A DNA stretch of 64,000 bases from an uncultured Pseudomonadota bacterium. GTDB lineage: Bacteria; Oederibacteriota; Muellerivitia; Muellerivitales; Muellerivitaceae. Below, in pieces: positions 1 through 9,655 of the stretch (positions within the stretch are counted from its first letter, which is position 1; each line of letters begins with the position of its first letter). Under the pieces are notes generated by a model. It was not told where the DNA came from. It saw nothing but the letters and a program-made list of their open reading frames with translations, and did no database searches. The stretch spans positions 105,424 through 169,423 of the forward strand of contig CAWJKT010000010.1 in NCBI GenBank assembly GCA_963843375.1. The letters are read 5' to 3'. A program made the translations under genes and the position numbers.

Positions 1-43
1 GGCATGGAAGGGGTCGTGGGTTCGATCCCCATCGCCTCCACCA
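1..43 (+). tRNA. tRNA-Ala (anticodon GGC), 5'-truncated at window edge; 3' end with encoded CCA
   Basis: Counting back from CCA (41-43) in standard 76-nt numbering puts window position 1 at tRNA position 34. Anticodon at 1-3 is GGC; variable loop gggtc; T-stem gtggg/cccat with T-loop TTCGATC; acceptor 3' strand cgcctcc implies a G3:U70 pair (Ala identity); discriminator A. Confidence 0.6.
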
Positions 44-118
44 TTCTTTCTTGATGTTCAACTGATGGTCTTGAGATCAAAAAAGAGTCGTGTTTCTCAA
101 CTTGGATTAACAAAAAAG

Positions 119-150
119 CATCCGCATTAAATGGCGGGTGTTTTTTTGTT
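119..150 (+). terminator. Rho-independent terminator downstream of tRNA-Ala
   Basis: 7-bp stem catccgc/gcgggtg (one G-U pair) with an 8-nt loop, followed by TTTTTTTGTT. Confidence 0.55.
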
Positions 151-449
151 TTAGCAACATCCGAACCTAGGTTTTAATCGTTTTTTTAGCAAGCTTATCC
201 AAATTAACTCTTCCTTTTTCATCATTTAACTTACCCTTTTTCAATCAACTTTTTAAATGTTAGTCGAACACCCTTACACGGGGTTCGTTCTTCGAGAAAG
301 AGAAGGCCTTGCTAGGTATTTATTGGTTGCATACTATAAAATGACCATCGATTGAAAAATGTTTAAAAACCGGATTGTATTCTTTTCCAAGAATTACTTG
401 AATTTAGCTTGGTTACTTCAGGAATATATAAAACCTAAGGCGCTGAAAA

Positions 450-1595
450 ATGAGATCACGGGAAGAACTTGAAATAATTGAAGAACAAAGCCTGGCCTCG
501 TACGCTCAAAAATCCAGCCGGAGTAAAGGGCGTCAATACCCGGAAGCGGAGCATTCCTATCGAACAGCCTTCCAACGGGATAGGGATAGAGTCATTCATT
601 CTTCCGCCTTCCGACGCCTTCAATATAAAACCCAGGTGTTCGTCAATCACGAAGGGGATTACTATCGCACAAGAATCACCCACACGATGGAAGTCGCCCA
701 GATAGCCCGCTCCATAGCCAGAAGCTTGGGATTAAATCAGGACTTAACTGAGGCCATTGCGCTGGCCCACGACTTGGGCCACACTCCTTTTGGCCATTCC
801 GGAGAAAAAATCCTTAACGAGATTATGAAAAGTGATGGCGGGTTCGAGCATAACGCTCAAAGTTACCGGATCGTCACCCATTTGGAGGACCGTTATCCGG
901 ATTTCCGGGGACTGAACCTAACCTATGAGGTCTTGGAGGGGGTGGATAAGCATCGGACAAGGTACGACAGACCGGGCGGGGATGGGGAACAATATACTCT
1001 GGAAGCTCAAATTGTCGATTTGGCCGATGAGATCGCCTATACCTCCCATGATATTGATGACGGACTTACATCGGGTCTGCTGGATTTCGAGGGACTGAAT
1101 GAAGTTCCGCTTTGGAAGCGGAACATGGAAAAAGTAAAATCCCGGCACCCTCAACTCAGTAAAGATAAAATCAAATATCAAACCGTAAGGTTTTTAATCG
1201 ACGAACAAGTCACGGATTTGCTGGATGAGACCGTGAAGCGCATTGAAAAATTCAAGGTGCAATCGGTCGATAATGTCCGGAAATGCTTGGAAGAGTTGGC
1301 CTCCTTTTCGAATGATTTTCGCCAACAGTTTCTGGAAATGAAGAGTTATCTTTTTCAACATATGTACCGCCACAACCGGGTCACTCGGATGGAGGGCAAA
1401 TCAGCCAAAGTGATTCAGGAACTTTTTAAACTTTATGAATCCGATCCAACGATTCTGCCAACAAATACCCGGGAAAAAATCAAAAATAAGGCTGAGCCGG
1501 TAAGACGCATTATTTGCGATTACATTGCCGGCATGACGGATCGTTTTGCCATCGAGGAATTCGAGAAATTGACCGAGCCTTCCATCCGGGTTTAA
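450..1595 (+). CDS. dgt: dGTP triphosphohydrolase-like HD-domain phosphohydrolase
   Basis: 381-aa ORF with HD-domain motifs (HSSAFRRLQYKTQVF, RITHTMEVAQIAR, LAHDLGHTPFGH) typical of the dGTPase family; AAGG RBS upstream. Confidence 0.85.
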   Translation: MRSREELEIIEEQSLASYAQKSSRSKGRQYPEAEHSYRTAFQRDRDRVIHSSAFRRLQYKTQVFVNHEGDYYRTRITHTMEVAQIARSIARSLGLNQDLTEAIALAHDLGHTPFGHSGEKILNEIMKSDGGFEHNAQSYRIVTHLEDRYPDFRGLNLTYEVLEGVDKHRTRYDRPGGDGEQYTLEAQIVDLADEIAYTSHDIDDGLTSGLLDFEGLNEVPLWKRNMEKVKSRHPQLSKDKIKYQTVRFLIDEQVTDLLDETVKRIEKFKVQSVDNVRKCLEELASFSNDFRQQFLEMKSYLFQHMYRHNRVTRMEGKSAKVIQELFKLYESDPTILPTNTREKIKNKAEPVRRIICDYIAGMTDRFAIEEFEKLTEPSIRV

Positions 1596-1614
1596 ACGCT
1601 TCTCCCGGGGCCGG

Positions 1615-1644
1615 TTGACAGCCCTCTTTCTTTAACATTAAGAT
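1615..1644 (+). promoter_or_regulatory. Putative sigma70-like promoter (TTGACA, 17-nt spacer, TTAAGA) upstream of argD
   Basis: Perfect -35 TTGACA at 1615-1620; TAxxxT-type -10 after a 17-nt spacer; lies between the dgt stop and the argD leader hairpin. Confidence 0.3.
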
Positions 1645-1656
1645 GCCTCCATAAGT

Positions 1657-1695
1657 CCCCGTAAGCAAAAGGCTCACGGGGGCTTTTTCATTTTT
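1657..1695 (+). terminator. Hairpin plus T-tract (dgt terminator and/or argD leader attenuator)
   Basis: Stem ccccgtaagc / ggctcacgggg (one mismatch), loop aaaa, then CTTTTTCATTTTT, immediately before the argD RBS. Confidence 0.5.
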
Positions 1696-1712
1696 GAGCG
1701 AGGATCCAGACC

Positions 1713-2916
1713 ATGGAAACATTCCAAATTATCCAAAACGGTGACGATTATCTCCTGCCGGTTTATAACCGGCAAAAGATTGTCCTCATGCGTGGAGAAG
1801 GGGTCCATGTTTATGATTCCGAGAGGATGGTTTACCTCGATTTTTTTTCCGGAATTGCCGTAAACGGCCTGGGACAAGCCTATCCCGAGGTGGTCAACGC
1901 CATTATCGAGGCAACCAAGAAACTGGGACACGTTTCCAACGTTTATTACAACGAAACTAATGTTAAGTTGGCAAAACTATTGTGCGAAATTTCCTTTGCC
2001 CAAAAAGTATTTTTCTGTAATTCGGGCACGGAAGCGGTCGAGGCTGCCCTCAAACTTTCCCGGAAACATTTCAGGCAGCAAGGGAAAGATAAATTTGAGA
2101 TTATTAGTTTTTATCATTCCTTCCATGGAAGAACTTATGGTTCGATTTCAGCCACCGGACAAGTGAAGTACCAGGAGGGGCTGGAACCGCTCCTGCCGGG
2201 TATCAAGTTTGCGACTTTCAACAACATCGAAAGCGTGAAAGGGTTGATCACGGATAAAACGGCCGCCGTCATTATCGAACCCATTCAATGCGAGGGTGGC
2301 ATTCAGCCCGCCGACCCGAAGTTCTTAAAAGAATTACGGGACTTGACCAGGGATAAGGGAGTTCTTCTGATTCTGGACGAGGTCCAGACGGGTTTGGGCC
2401 GGACAGGTAAAATGTGGGCCCACGAACATTACGGGATAGAGCCGGACATGATGGTTTCGGCCAAGGCGCTGGGCGGCGGGCTTCCCATGGGGGCTCTTTT
2501 AGTGACCAATCAAGTTAGCCATGGTTTCAAACCGGGAGACCACGCTTCCACTTTCGGCGGAAACCCTATTGTCAGTGCGGCGTCCATCGCCACCATTGAA
2601 GCCATCCTTATGAAAGACTTGGTGACTCATGCGGCTAAAATGGGAGAAAAATTAAAACAAGGGCTGGAAGGTATCCAAAGGGAATATCCCAACCTCTTCA
2701 CCGAAGTAAGGGGTATCGGATTGGTCCTTGGAATGGAAATGACGCCGAAAGGCCGCCACGCTGGTTTCCCATTGCGCCAAATACGGGTTATTAGTTGGTT
2801 CAGCCCATGAAAATGTCCTGCGATTTTTGCCTCCGCTTATTATCACCCAGTCGGATATTGACCAGGCATTGGACAAACTGAAAAAAGCCATCACTGACGA
2901 TCTTAAGTCAGTCTAA
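1713..2916 (+). CDS. argD: Acetylornithine aminotransferase; apparent +1 frameshift near 2745-2780
   Basis: Class-III aminotransferase N-terminus. ORF 1713-2810 stops after ...PKGRHAG; the conserved C-terminus ([46 protein letters not shown]) continues in another frame to a TAA at 2914-2916. Confidence 0.85.
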
Positions 2917-2925
2917 GGACACTCC

Positions 2926-3861
2926 ATGGCCACTTTTCCCAAACACTTATTAACGTTAATGGAATTATCCCCAGGGGAAGTTTCGGATCTTCTGAATCTG
3001 GCGGCCAAAATCAAGAGGACACCAGATCAGTACTCCGAAACCCTGAAGGGCCAATGCCTGGCCATGATATTCGAAAAAAGCTCAACCCGGACGCGGGTTT
3101 CCTTTGAGACTGGAATGGTCCAACTGGGCGGTCACGCCCTCTTCATGAACAAGCAGGATCTTCACCTCGGCAAGAGCGAAACTGTGGCGGATACCGCCAG
3201 GGTCCTTTCGCGTTTCGTGCAGGGGATCATGATCCGGACTTTCGATCAAGAAACTGTTGAGGAACTGGCCCGGTTTTCGACTGTTCCCGTCATCAACGGA
3301 TTGAGCGACAGCCACCATCCTTGTCAGGCGCTCGCGGATTTGCAGACCATCCAGGAACACTTCAAGAAATTGAAGGGTCTTCAAATCGTATTTATCGGAG
3401 ACGGCAACAACGTCGCACATAGCCTAATGGTGGGTTCGGCCAAAACAGGGATTCATTTTAAATTAGTCTGTCCCGTGGGCTATGAACCCGATTCTTCGAT
3501 CCTGGCTTATTCCCAAAAAGAAGGGAAAAAAAGCGGAAGCCGGATAGAAGTGACTCATCAGGTTCAAGGGTCGGTTCAAGGGTCGGATGTGGTTTATACC
3601 GATGTTTGGACCAGCATGGGACAGGAAACCGAAAAAGCGAAAAGACTTAAAGATTTCAAAAATTTTCAAATCAACGAAAAACTTATGGCCCAATCTCCGA
3701 AAGCCATCTTCTTGCATTGTTTACCAGCCCACCGTGGGGAGGAAGTGAGCGCCGGGGTGATGGATGGAAAACAATCGAGGGTTTGGGACGAGGCTGAAAA
3801 CCGACTTCATGCCCAAAAGGCCTTGCTGGTGACTTTGATGGGTAAAAGAGGAAAAAAATGA
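2926..3861 (+). CDS. argF: Ornithine carbamoyltransferase
   Basis: STRTRVSFE carbamoyl-phosphate motif, HPCQALADL, HCLPAHRGEEV; 311 aa. Confidence 0.9.
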   Translation: MATFPKHLLTLMELSPGEVSDLLNLAAKIKRTPDQYSETLKGQCLAMIFEKSSTRTRVSFETGMVQLGGHALFMNKQDLHLGKSETVADTARVLSRFVQGIMIRTFDQETVEELARFSTVPVINGLSDSHHPCQALADLQTIQEHFKKLKGLQIVFIGDGNNVAHSLMVGSAKTGIHFKLVCPVGYEPDSSILAYSQKEGKKSGSRIEVTHQVQGSVQGSDVVYTDVWTSMGQETEKAKRLKDFKNFQINEKLMAQSPKAIFLHCLPAHRGEEVSAGVMDGKQSRVWDEAENRLHAQKALLVTLMGKRGKK

Positions 3862-5069
3862 GATCGCATATTAAAAAAGTAGTTCTTGCTTATTCCGGGG
3901 GGCTCGATACTTCCGTTATTATTCCTTGGCTAAAGGAAAATTATCGCTGCGAAGTGGTAGCTTTTATTTCTGACGTTGGGCAAGGAAAGGAAGTGGGCCC
4001 CGCTCGGGCCAAAGCTTTACGAACGGGAGCCATCAAGGCCATCGTAAAGGACCAGAGAAAAGAATTCTTGGAGGATTATTGTTTTCCGGCACTGCGGGCG
4101 CAAGCCAAATACGAGGGAACCTATTTGTTGGGAACTTCGCTGGCAAGACCGGTTATTGCCAAAGGCATGGTGGAAACAGCCTTAAAAGAGGGAGCCGATG
4201 CCATTGCTCATGGAGCCACCGGCAAAGGGAATGACCAGGTCCGGTTTGAACTGGCCGTGATGGCTTTGGCCCCACACCTGAAGATCATCGCTCCATGGAG
4301 GGAATGGGAAATCAAATCCCGGGAAGACGCCATTGATTACGCCCAGAAACATGGTGTGGAAGTACCGGTGACTAAAAAAAGGCCCTATTCGATGGATGGG
4401 AATCTTTGGCACCTAAGCCATGAAGGCGGGGAATTAGAAGATCCCTGGAACGCTCCATCCAAACATGTTTATTTGAATACCAAGGAACCCGCTTTGGCGT
4501 CGAAGAAGCCGCTGAATCTAATCGTTAGTTTTAAAAACGGTATACCCGTTGGGTTGAACGGAAAGAAGGTCGGTGCAGTCGCTTTGGTGGAAAAGATGAA
4601 TAAATTCGCTGCAAGCTATGGAATTGGCCGAATTGATATCGTCGAAAACAGGCTGGTTGGGATGAAAAGCAGAGGCGTTTATGAGTCTCCCGGCGCGACG
4701 GTTCTTTATGAAGCCCATCGGGCCTTGCAAAGCCTAACGGTGGAAAGGGAAATACTCCATCACAGCCAGGTCATGTCGGTTAAATACGCGGATCTCATCT
4801 ATAACGGCCAATGGTTTTCGCCTTTACGAGACGCCTTGGAAGCTTATTATCGTGAAATGCAGAAAAACGTAACGGGAGATGTCCGGGTGGAACTGAATCC
4901 GGGAAGGGTTATGGCCACCGGCGCCCGCTCGCCTTATTCCCTTTATCAACAAGACCTGGCAACTTTTGGGGAGGACGCGGTTTATGACCAACGGGATGCA
5001 GAAGGATTCATCCATTTGTTCGGACTGCCACTGATGGTAGTAGGAACTGTGAAAAGGAAGAACAAATGA
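3858..5069 (+). CDS. argG: Argininosuccinate synthase
   Basis: AYSGGLDTS PP-loop; 403 aa; 4-nt overlap with argF. Confidence 0.95.
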   Translation: MRSHIKKVVLAYSGGLDTSVIIPWLKENYRCEVVAFISDVGQGKEVGPARAKALRTGAIKAIVKDQRKEFLEDYCFPALRAQAKYEGTYLLGTSLARPVIAKGMVETALKEGADAIAHGATGKGNDQVRFELAVMALAPHLKIIAPWREWEIKSREDAIDYAQKHGVEVPVTKKRPYSMDGNLWHLSHEGGELEDPWNAPSKHVYLNTKEPALASKKPLNLIVSFKNGIPVGLNGKKVGAVALVEKMNKFAASYGIGRIDIVENRLVGMKSRGVYESPGATVLYEAHRALQSLTVEREILHHSQVMSVKYADLIYNGQWFSPLRDALEAYYREMQKNVTGDVRVELNPGRVMATGARSPYSLYQQDLATFGEDAVYDQRDAEGFIHLFGLPLMVVGTVKRKNK

Positions 5070-6466
5070 AGAAGACGTGGGGAGGGAGATTCCGAAAATC
5101 AACCAACCCTCAGGTCGAGGCATTCACCGAGTCAATTTCGTTTGACCAGCGGTTGGCGTCTTTTGACATTGAGGGAAGCTTGGCTCATGTCCAAACCCTA
5201 GTCAAGGCGAGGCTTTTAAAACCCTCCGAGGGAAAAAAGTTGTCAACCGGTCTCCAAAAAGTGAAAAAACTCCTCAAGGCCAGAAAACTACCAATGGATT
5301 CCAGCCAAGAGGATATTCACACGGCTATCGAGAGTGCCCTTACCCGGATCGTGGGACCTTTAGGGGGAAAACTTCATACCGGACGATCCCGCAACGATCA
5401 GGTGGCAACGGATTTACGCCTTTATTTGCGTCATGCGGTTAATGAAGCGGTACAAGCTGGCATTGAATTGTTGGAACTCTTGACGAGGCTGGCGGTTGAA
5501 GAAAAAGACACTCTTATGCCGGGTTATACCCATCTTCAAAGGGCCATGCCTGTTACTTTAGGCCATCATCTGGCCGCTTATGCCTTCATGGTGACCCGGG
5601 ACATGGACCGGTTTCTTGTCACTTGGGACAGGGCTAACTCTTTGCCTTTGGGTTCGGGCGCTTTGGCGGGAACCAACCACCCTTTCGACCGTCTGCAAAC
5701 GGCCAAACTACTCCGATTGAAATCGGTCGTTCAGAATAGCCTGGATGCGGTTTCCGACAGGGATTCTTACGTGGACTTTCTTTCGGCCGCCGCCATTACA
5801 CAGATGCACCTTTCAAGATTTTCGGAAGACTTGATTCTATGGGCCAGCACCGAATTCGGCTTTATCGAAATGGACGATGCATTTTCGACCGGTTCCAGTT
5901 TGATGCCCCAGAAGAAAAATCCGGATGTGGCGGAACTTGTCAGGGGCAAGGCGGGTCGGACGATCGCAAACCTGACCGGGCTTTTAGCGGTATTAAAAGG
6001 TTTGCCTTTGTCCTATAACCGGGATTTGCAGGAAGATAAACATTTTGTTTTCGATTCGGCGGATACGGTTGTGGCATCGTTGAAAACCATGGCCGGATTT
6101 TTGGCCTCGGTAAAATTCAATCGGGAAAAAATGGGTCAAAAAGCCGATGAGGATTTGACACTTTTGGCGACGGATTTAGCAGATGTTTTGGTTTCTCAGG
6201 GCATGCCCTTCCGCCGTGCTCACGAGGCTGTGGGTCTAGTCGTTAATTACTGCCTGGAACATGGAAAGCGAATCCAGGATTTAAACGATCAAATCCTACG
6301 AAAGTTTTCCGATTTGTTTCCCAGGGGAACCGCCGAAAATCTTTCGGTGAATCATTCCGTCAATCAGAAAAAGACGGTCGGTGGGACATCACCGCAAAAC
6401 GTCGTGAAACAATCTGTTTTGTTAAAAAATGAAATCACTAAAATAAAAAAAAGATTACCCCTTTGA
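5066..6466 (+). CDS. argH: Argininosuccinate lyase
   Basis: Fumarate-lyase family, SRNDQVATDLRLY; GSSLMPQKKNPD signature; 466 aa. Confidence 0.95.
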   Translation: MKKTWGGRFRKSTNPQVEAFTESISFDQRLASFDIEGSLAHVQTLVKARLLKPSEGKKLSTGLQKVKKLLKARKLPMDSSQEDIHTAIESALTRIVGPLGGKLHTGRSRNDQVATDLRLYLRHAVNEAVQAGIELLELLTRLAVEEKDTLMPGYTHLQRAMPVTLGHHLAAYAFMVTRDMDRFLVTWDRANSLPLGSGALAGTNHPFDRLQTAKLLRLKSVVQNSLDAVSDRDSYVDFLSAAAITQMHLSRFSEDLILWASTEFGFIEMDDAFSTGSSLMPQKKNPDVAELVRGKAGRTIANLTGLLAVLKGLPLSYNRDLQEDKHFVFDSADTVVASLKTMAGFLASVKFNREKMGQKADEDLTLLATDLADVLVSQGMPFRRAHEAVGLVVNYCLEHGKRIQDLNDQILRKFSDLFPRGTAENLSVNHSVNQKKTVGGTSPQNVVKQSVLLKNEITKIKKRLPL

Positions 6467-6473
6467 GGAATTC

Positions 6474-7722
6474 ATGACCGGGTTTCATTTAAAAAATAAC
6501 CACTGGTGTTCCGATGGAGTTATTCTTTCCACAATCGCGGAAAAAGTTGGAACGCCCTGCTATGTCTACAGCCTTCCGGCTTTTGAGGAAAGGTATCGGG
6601 AAATTGATCAGGCTTACCGATCCGTGCCTCATTTGGTGGCTTATTCCATGAAGGCCAACGGAAACCTGTCGGTTGTAAGCGCATTGGCCAAATTGGGGTC
6701 TGGGACCGACGTGGTTTCAGGGGGGGAATTGTTTAAAGCCCGCAAGGCGGGGGTTGCACCCAATAAGATCATCTTTGCGGGTGTTGGCAAGACCGATCGA
6801 CGAAATCGCTTATGGATTAAAAGAAGGCATTAGGTATTTCAATGTGGAATCCATTCCGGAAATCTTGGCCATCAACGATGTAGCACATAAAATGAAAAAA
6901 ATCGCGCCGATTGCCATTCGCTTTAATCCGGACGTCGATCCTAAAACCCACCATTACATTACGACCGGTAAAAAAGAGACTAAGTTTGGGGTTTATCTGG
7001 GTGATGTGGAAAAAGTCATAGAAGTTGTCCGCCAATGCCGGTGGGTTCATTGGACGGGTGTTCATGCTCATATCGGAAGCCAAATGACTCAAACCGGGTC
7101 GGTGGGCAAAGCCGCTAAAGTCATTGAAAAACTGGTCCTCCAACTTCGGCGGGAGGGTTTTCCCATCCATACCGTGAATTTAGGAGGCGGTTATGGAATT
7201 GATTACGAAGGCGAAAAGCCGCCCAAACCCTCCCAATACGCCGCCTTGGTTTTGCCAGTCATCAAGCGTTTGAATGCCACCCTGGTTTTGGAACCGGGCC
7301 GGTATATCTCTGGCAATTCAGGTGTGCTTTTAACCCGTGTCACCTATGTGAAACAAAGCGGGACTAAAACTTTCTACATTGTCGATGCGGGAATGGGGGA
7401 ACTCATTCGTCCATCTCTCTACGAGGCTTACCACCGAATTGCCCCGGCCATAGGCTCTCAAAAACCCGTTCAAAAGGTGGATGTGGTAGGCCCCATTTGC
7501 GAATCGGGTGACTTTTTCGCCAAGGACCGGCGACTTGCGGCGATGCAACGCGGGGATTTAATGGTTATTTTCTCCGCCGGGGCGTACGGCAGCGTGATGG
7601 GTAGTACCTATAACGCCCGTCCATTGCCGCCGGAAGTCGTCGTTCGAGGTTCCCGATTCCATGTGGCTCGCCAGAGACAAACTTGGCAGGATTTGGTCCG
7701 TTCGGAAAAAATTCTGTCCTAA
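6474..7722 (+). CDS. lysA: Diaminopimelate decarboxylase; apparent frameshift near 6785-6800
   Basis: Two overlapping ORFs (6474-6833, 6754-7722) together give a full Orn/DAP/Arg decarboxylase (…VAYSMKANGNLSVVSALAKLGSGTDVVSGGEL… then DEIAYGLKEGIRYFNVES…HAHIGSQ…CESGD). Confidence 0.85.
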
Positions 7723-7743
7723 GCCGGGTTTCAGAAAGTTCAC

Positions 7744-7772
7744 TTGCGATAGCGGGAAAAATTCCCTAATAT
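7744..7772 (+). promoter_or_regulatory. Putative promoter (TTGCGA, 17-nt spacer, TAATAT) upstream of dapA
   Basis: Hexamers with a 17-nt spacer in the lysA-dapA intergenic region. Confidence 0.3.
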
Positions 7773-7791
7773 AACTTTCACACAACTCCAA

Positions 7792-7809
7792 CCCCCAATC
7801 GGGGGTTTT
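7792..7809 (+). terminator. Rho-independent terminator after lysA / in the dapA leader
   Basis: CCCCC-AATC-GGGGG hairpin followed by TTTTGTTATTTT. Confidence 0.55.
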
Positions 7810-7840
7810 GTTATTTTGGGACAAAGGACCGGTAAATCGA

Positions 7841-8737
7841 ATGTTTCGTGGAGCTTATACCGCGCTGGTGACGCCATTTAAAAATGGACAGGTGGATTAT
7901 GGAGCCCTTGAGGCTTTGATTGAAAACCAAATATCAAAAGGTATTGACGGTCTTGTGCCGTGCGGCACGACGGGGGAATCCCCCACACTGACGGAAAAAG
8001 AACACGGGGAAGTTATTGCCTTTACGGTAAAGACTTCCCGGGGAAGGCTTCCAGTGATCGCTGGAACCGGCTCAAACGCCACTGCGGAAGCCATTCAACT
8101 CTCTCGGCACGCTAAAGAAGTTGGCGCTGACGCGGTTTTATTGGTTTGCCCCTATTACAACAAACCCAGCCAAAGAGGCCTCATCGCTCATTTCACCGCC
8201 ATTGCGGATGCGGTGGTTATTCCCCAAATTCTTTACAACATCCCTGGGAGGTCGGTGATCAACATGACTCCTGAAACTATTTTCGAACTTTCAAGGCATC
8301 CAAACATCGTCGGCGTCAAGGAAGCCAGTGGTAACTTGGAACAAATGACCCGGATAAGAAGTCTTTGTGCCCCCGATTTTTCCCTCATCTCGGGGGATGA
8401 TACTCTCACCCTTCCCGTTCTGTCGGTTGGAGGCACAGGAGTCATATCGGTGACATCCCATATAATCCCGCAGGAAACTTCCCGAATCGTGCATTCCTAT
8501 CTTGAGGGAAAAACCGACGAGTCCCGTGACCTTTTTATGAAATATTTTGATTTGGTTAAAACGATTGTTACCGCCGATGTGAATCCGGTTGGAATCAAAA
8601 CAGCTCTGGCCCTCCGGGGACAGGTGGCCGAGGAATTCCGGCTTCCCCTGGTTCCCGCATCCCCCGATGCCAAGGAAACCATCCGCAAGCAATTGGACCG
8701 TCATGGATTATTGGCGCCTGCTGGGCAGCGCCGATGA
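7841..8737 (+). CDS. dapA: 4-hydroxy-tetrahydrodipicolinate synthase
   Basis: GLVPCGTTGESPTL motif; start taken at the internal ATG (MFRGAYTALVTPF) 10 nt after AAGGA; the ORF-track start at 7808 overlaps the terminator. Confidence 0.9.
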   Translation: MFRGAYTALVTPFKNGQVDYGALEALIENQISKGIDGLVPCGTTGESPTLTEKEHGEVIAFTVKTSRGRLPVIAGTGSNATAEAIQLSRHAKEVGADAVLLVCPYYNKPSQRGLIAHFTAIADAVVIPQILYNIPGRSVINMTPETIFELSRHPNIVGVKEASGNLEQMTRIRSLCAPDFSLISGDDTLTLPVLSVGGTGVISVTSHIIPQETSRIVHSYLEGKTDESRDLFMKYFDLVKTIVTADVNPVGIKTALALRGQVAEEFRLPLVPASPDAKETIRKQLDRHGLLAPAGQRR

Positions 8738-9552
8738 GTGTGCGCTTAGCCGTATCCGGTGCTACGGGCCGGATGGGCCATACAATCCTTGAATTGGTTT
8801 CCAAAGACCCCCAATTTGAAATTACCGGTGCGTTAGAATCAAGTTCCCATGCGGCAGTTGGCAAAAGCCTGTCGGAAGTTTTGCCTTCCCTGGGAACGGG
8901 GTTTAAAGTCTCGGTAAATTCGGCCATTTCCCGATTGAATCCCAAACCCCAGGTTCTGATCGATTTCACCCAACCGGCGGCAACCTTGGGTTATTTAAAA
9001 GAGGCGGCGGCTTCCGGTATCGGATTGGTGATTGGAACCACTGGTTTTTCGTACCCCGAAAAAAAATTAATTCATGATGCCGCTAATACCATTCCAATAG
9101 TTATGTCCTCCAACATGAGCGTCGGCATGAACCTGCTTTTTGCCCTGGTGGAAGAAGCGGCGGCCAAACTGGGTCAAGATTACGATGTGGAAATCGTGGA
9201 AGCCCACCATCATTTCAAAAAAGACGCGCCTTCCGGTTCGGCTTTAAGCCTAGGGGAATCAGTAGCCCGTGCCTGGAAAGTGAACCTAAAGGATGTCGCC
9301 ACCCATGGCAGGGAAGGGCAGGTTGGGGAACGAAAAAAAGGAACCATTGGTTTTCATGCGGTCCGGGGCGGTGATATTGTGGGTGACCATACCGTCCTTT
9401 ACGCGGGCCAGGGCGAACGATTGGAATTGACACATCGGGCCAGTAGCCGGGAAGCTTTTGCGAGGGGAGCCTTAAAAGCGGCCCTGTTCCTTTCCACTAA
9501 AAGTAATGGATTTTATGACATGTTTGACGTCCTCAGTTTACGTAGTAAATAA
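8734..9552 (+). CDS. dapB: 4-hydroxy-tetrahydrodipicolinate reductase
   Basis: VSGATGRMG NAD(P)-binding motif, EAHHHFKKDAPSGSA; ATGA overlap with dapA. Confidence 0.9.
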   Translation: MSVRLAVSGATGRMGHTILELVSKDPQFEITGALESSSHAAVGKSLSEVLPSLGTGFKVSVNSAISRLNPKPQVLIDFTQPAATLGYLKEAAASGIGLVIGTTGFSYPEKKLIHDAANTIPIVMSSNMSVGMNLLFALVEEAAAKLGQDYDVEIVEAHHHFKKDAPSGSALSLGESVARAWKVNLKDVATHGREGQVGERKKGTIGFHAVRGGDIVGDHTVLYAGQGERLELTHRASSREAFARGALKAALFLSTKSNGFYDMFDVLSLRSK

Positions 9553-9597
9553 ATTTGAACCGCCAAGTTCACCTAAAAAGACAACGAAATTGTTCCA

Positions 9598-9626
9598 AAC
9601 AAGTTAGGGATTTATTTTAACTTGTT
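9598..9626. promoter_or_regulatory. 9-bp inverted repeat AACAAGTTA-(11 nt)-TAACTTGTT, candidate operator upstream of the FAH-family gene
   Basis: Perfect inverted repeat in the dapB-FAH intergenic region; no T-tract, so unlikely to be a terminator; a TTGACC hexamer follows. Confidence 0.35.
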
Positions 9627-9655
9627 GACCCTGGCGGCAAAAGATTAGGTTCTTC

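Noticed and set aside
1-43. The 3' fragment could be the tRNA-like end of tmRNA (ssrA), which also has G3:U70, discriminator A and CCA.
   Set aside because: The exact 76-nt tRNA register places a GGC anticodon at positions 34-36 with a normal 5-nt variable loop and anticodon-stem strand. The Ala anticodon and Ala identity pair agreeing favours tRNA-Ala, though tmRNA cannot be excluded without upstream sequence.
456-1181. Antisense and overlapping small ORFs within dgt (456-683 minus, 478-705 plus, 918-1181 minus); similar ones overlie most large genes
   Set aside because: They lie fully inside well-supported conserved CDSs, lack RBSs and recognisable domains, and are typical six-frame noise.
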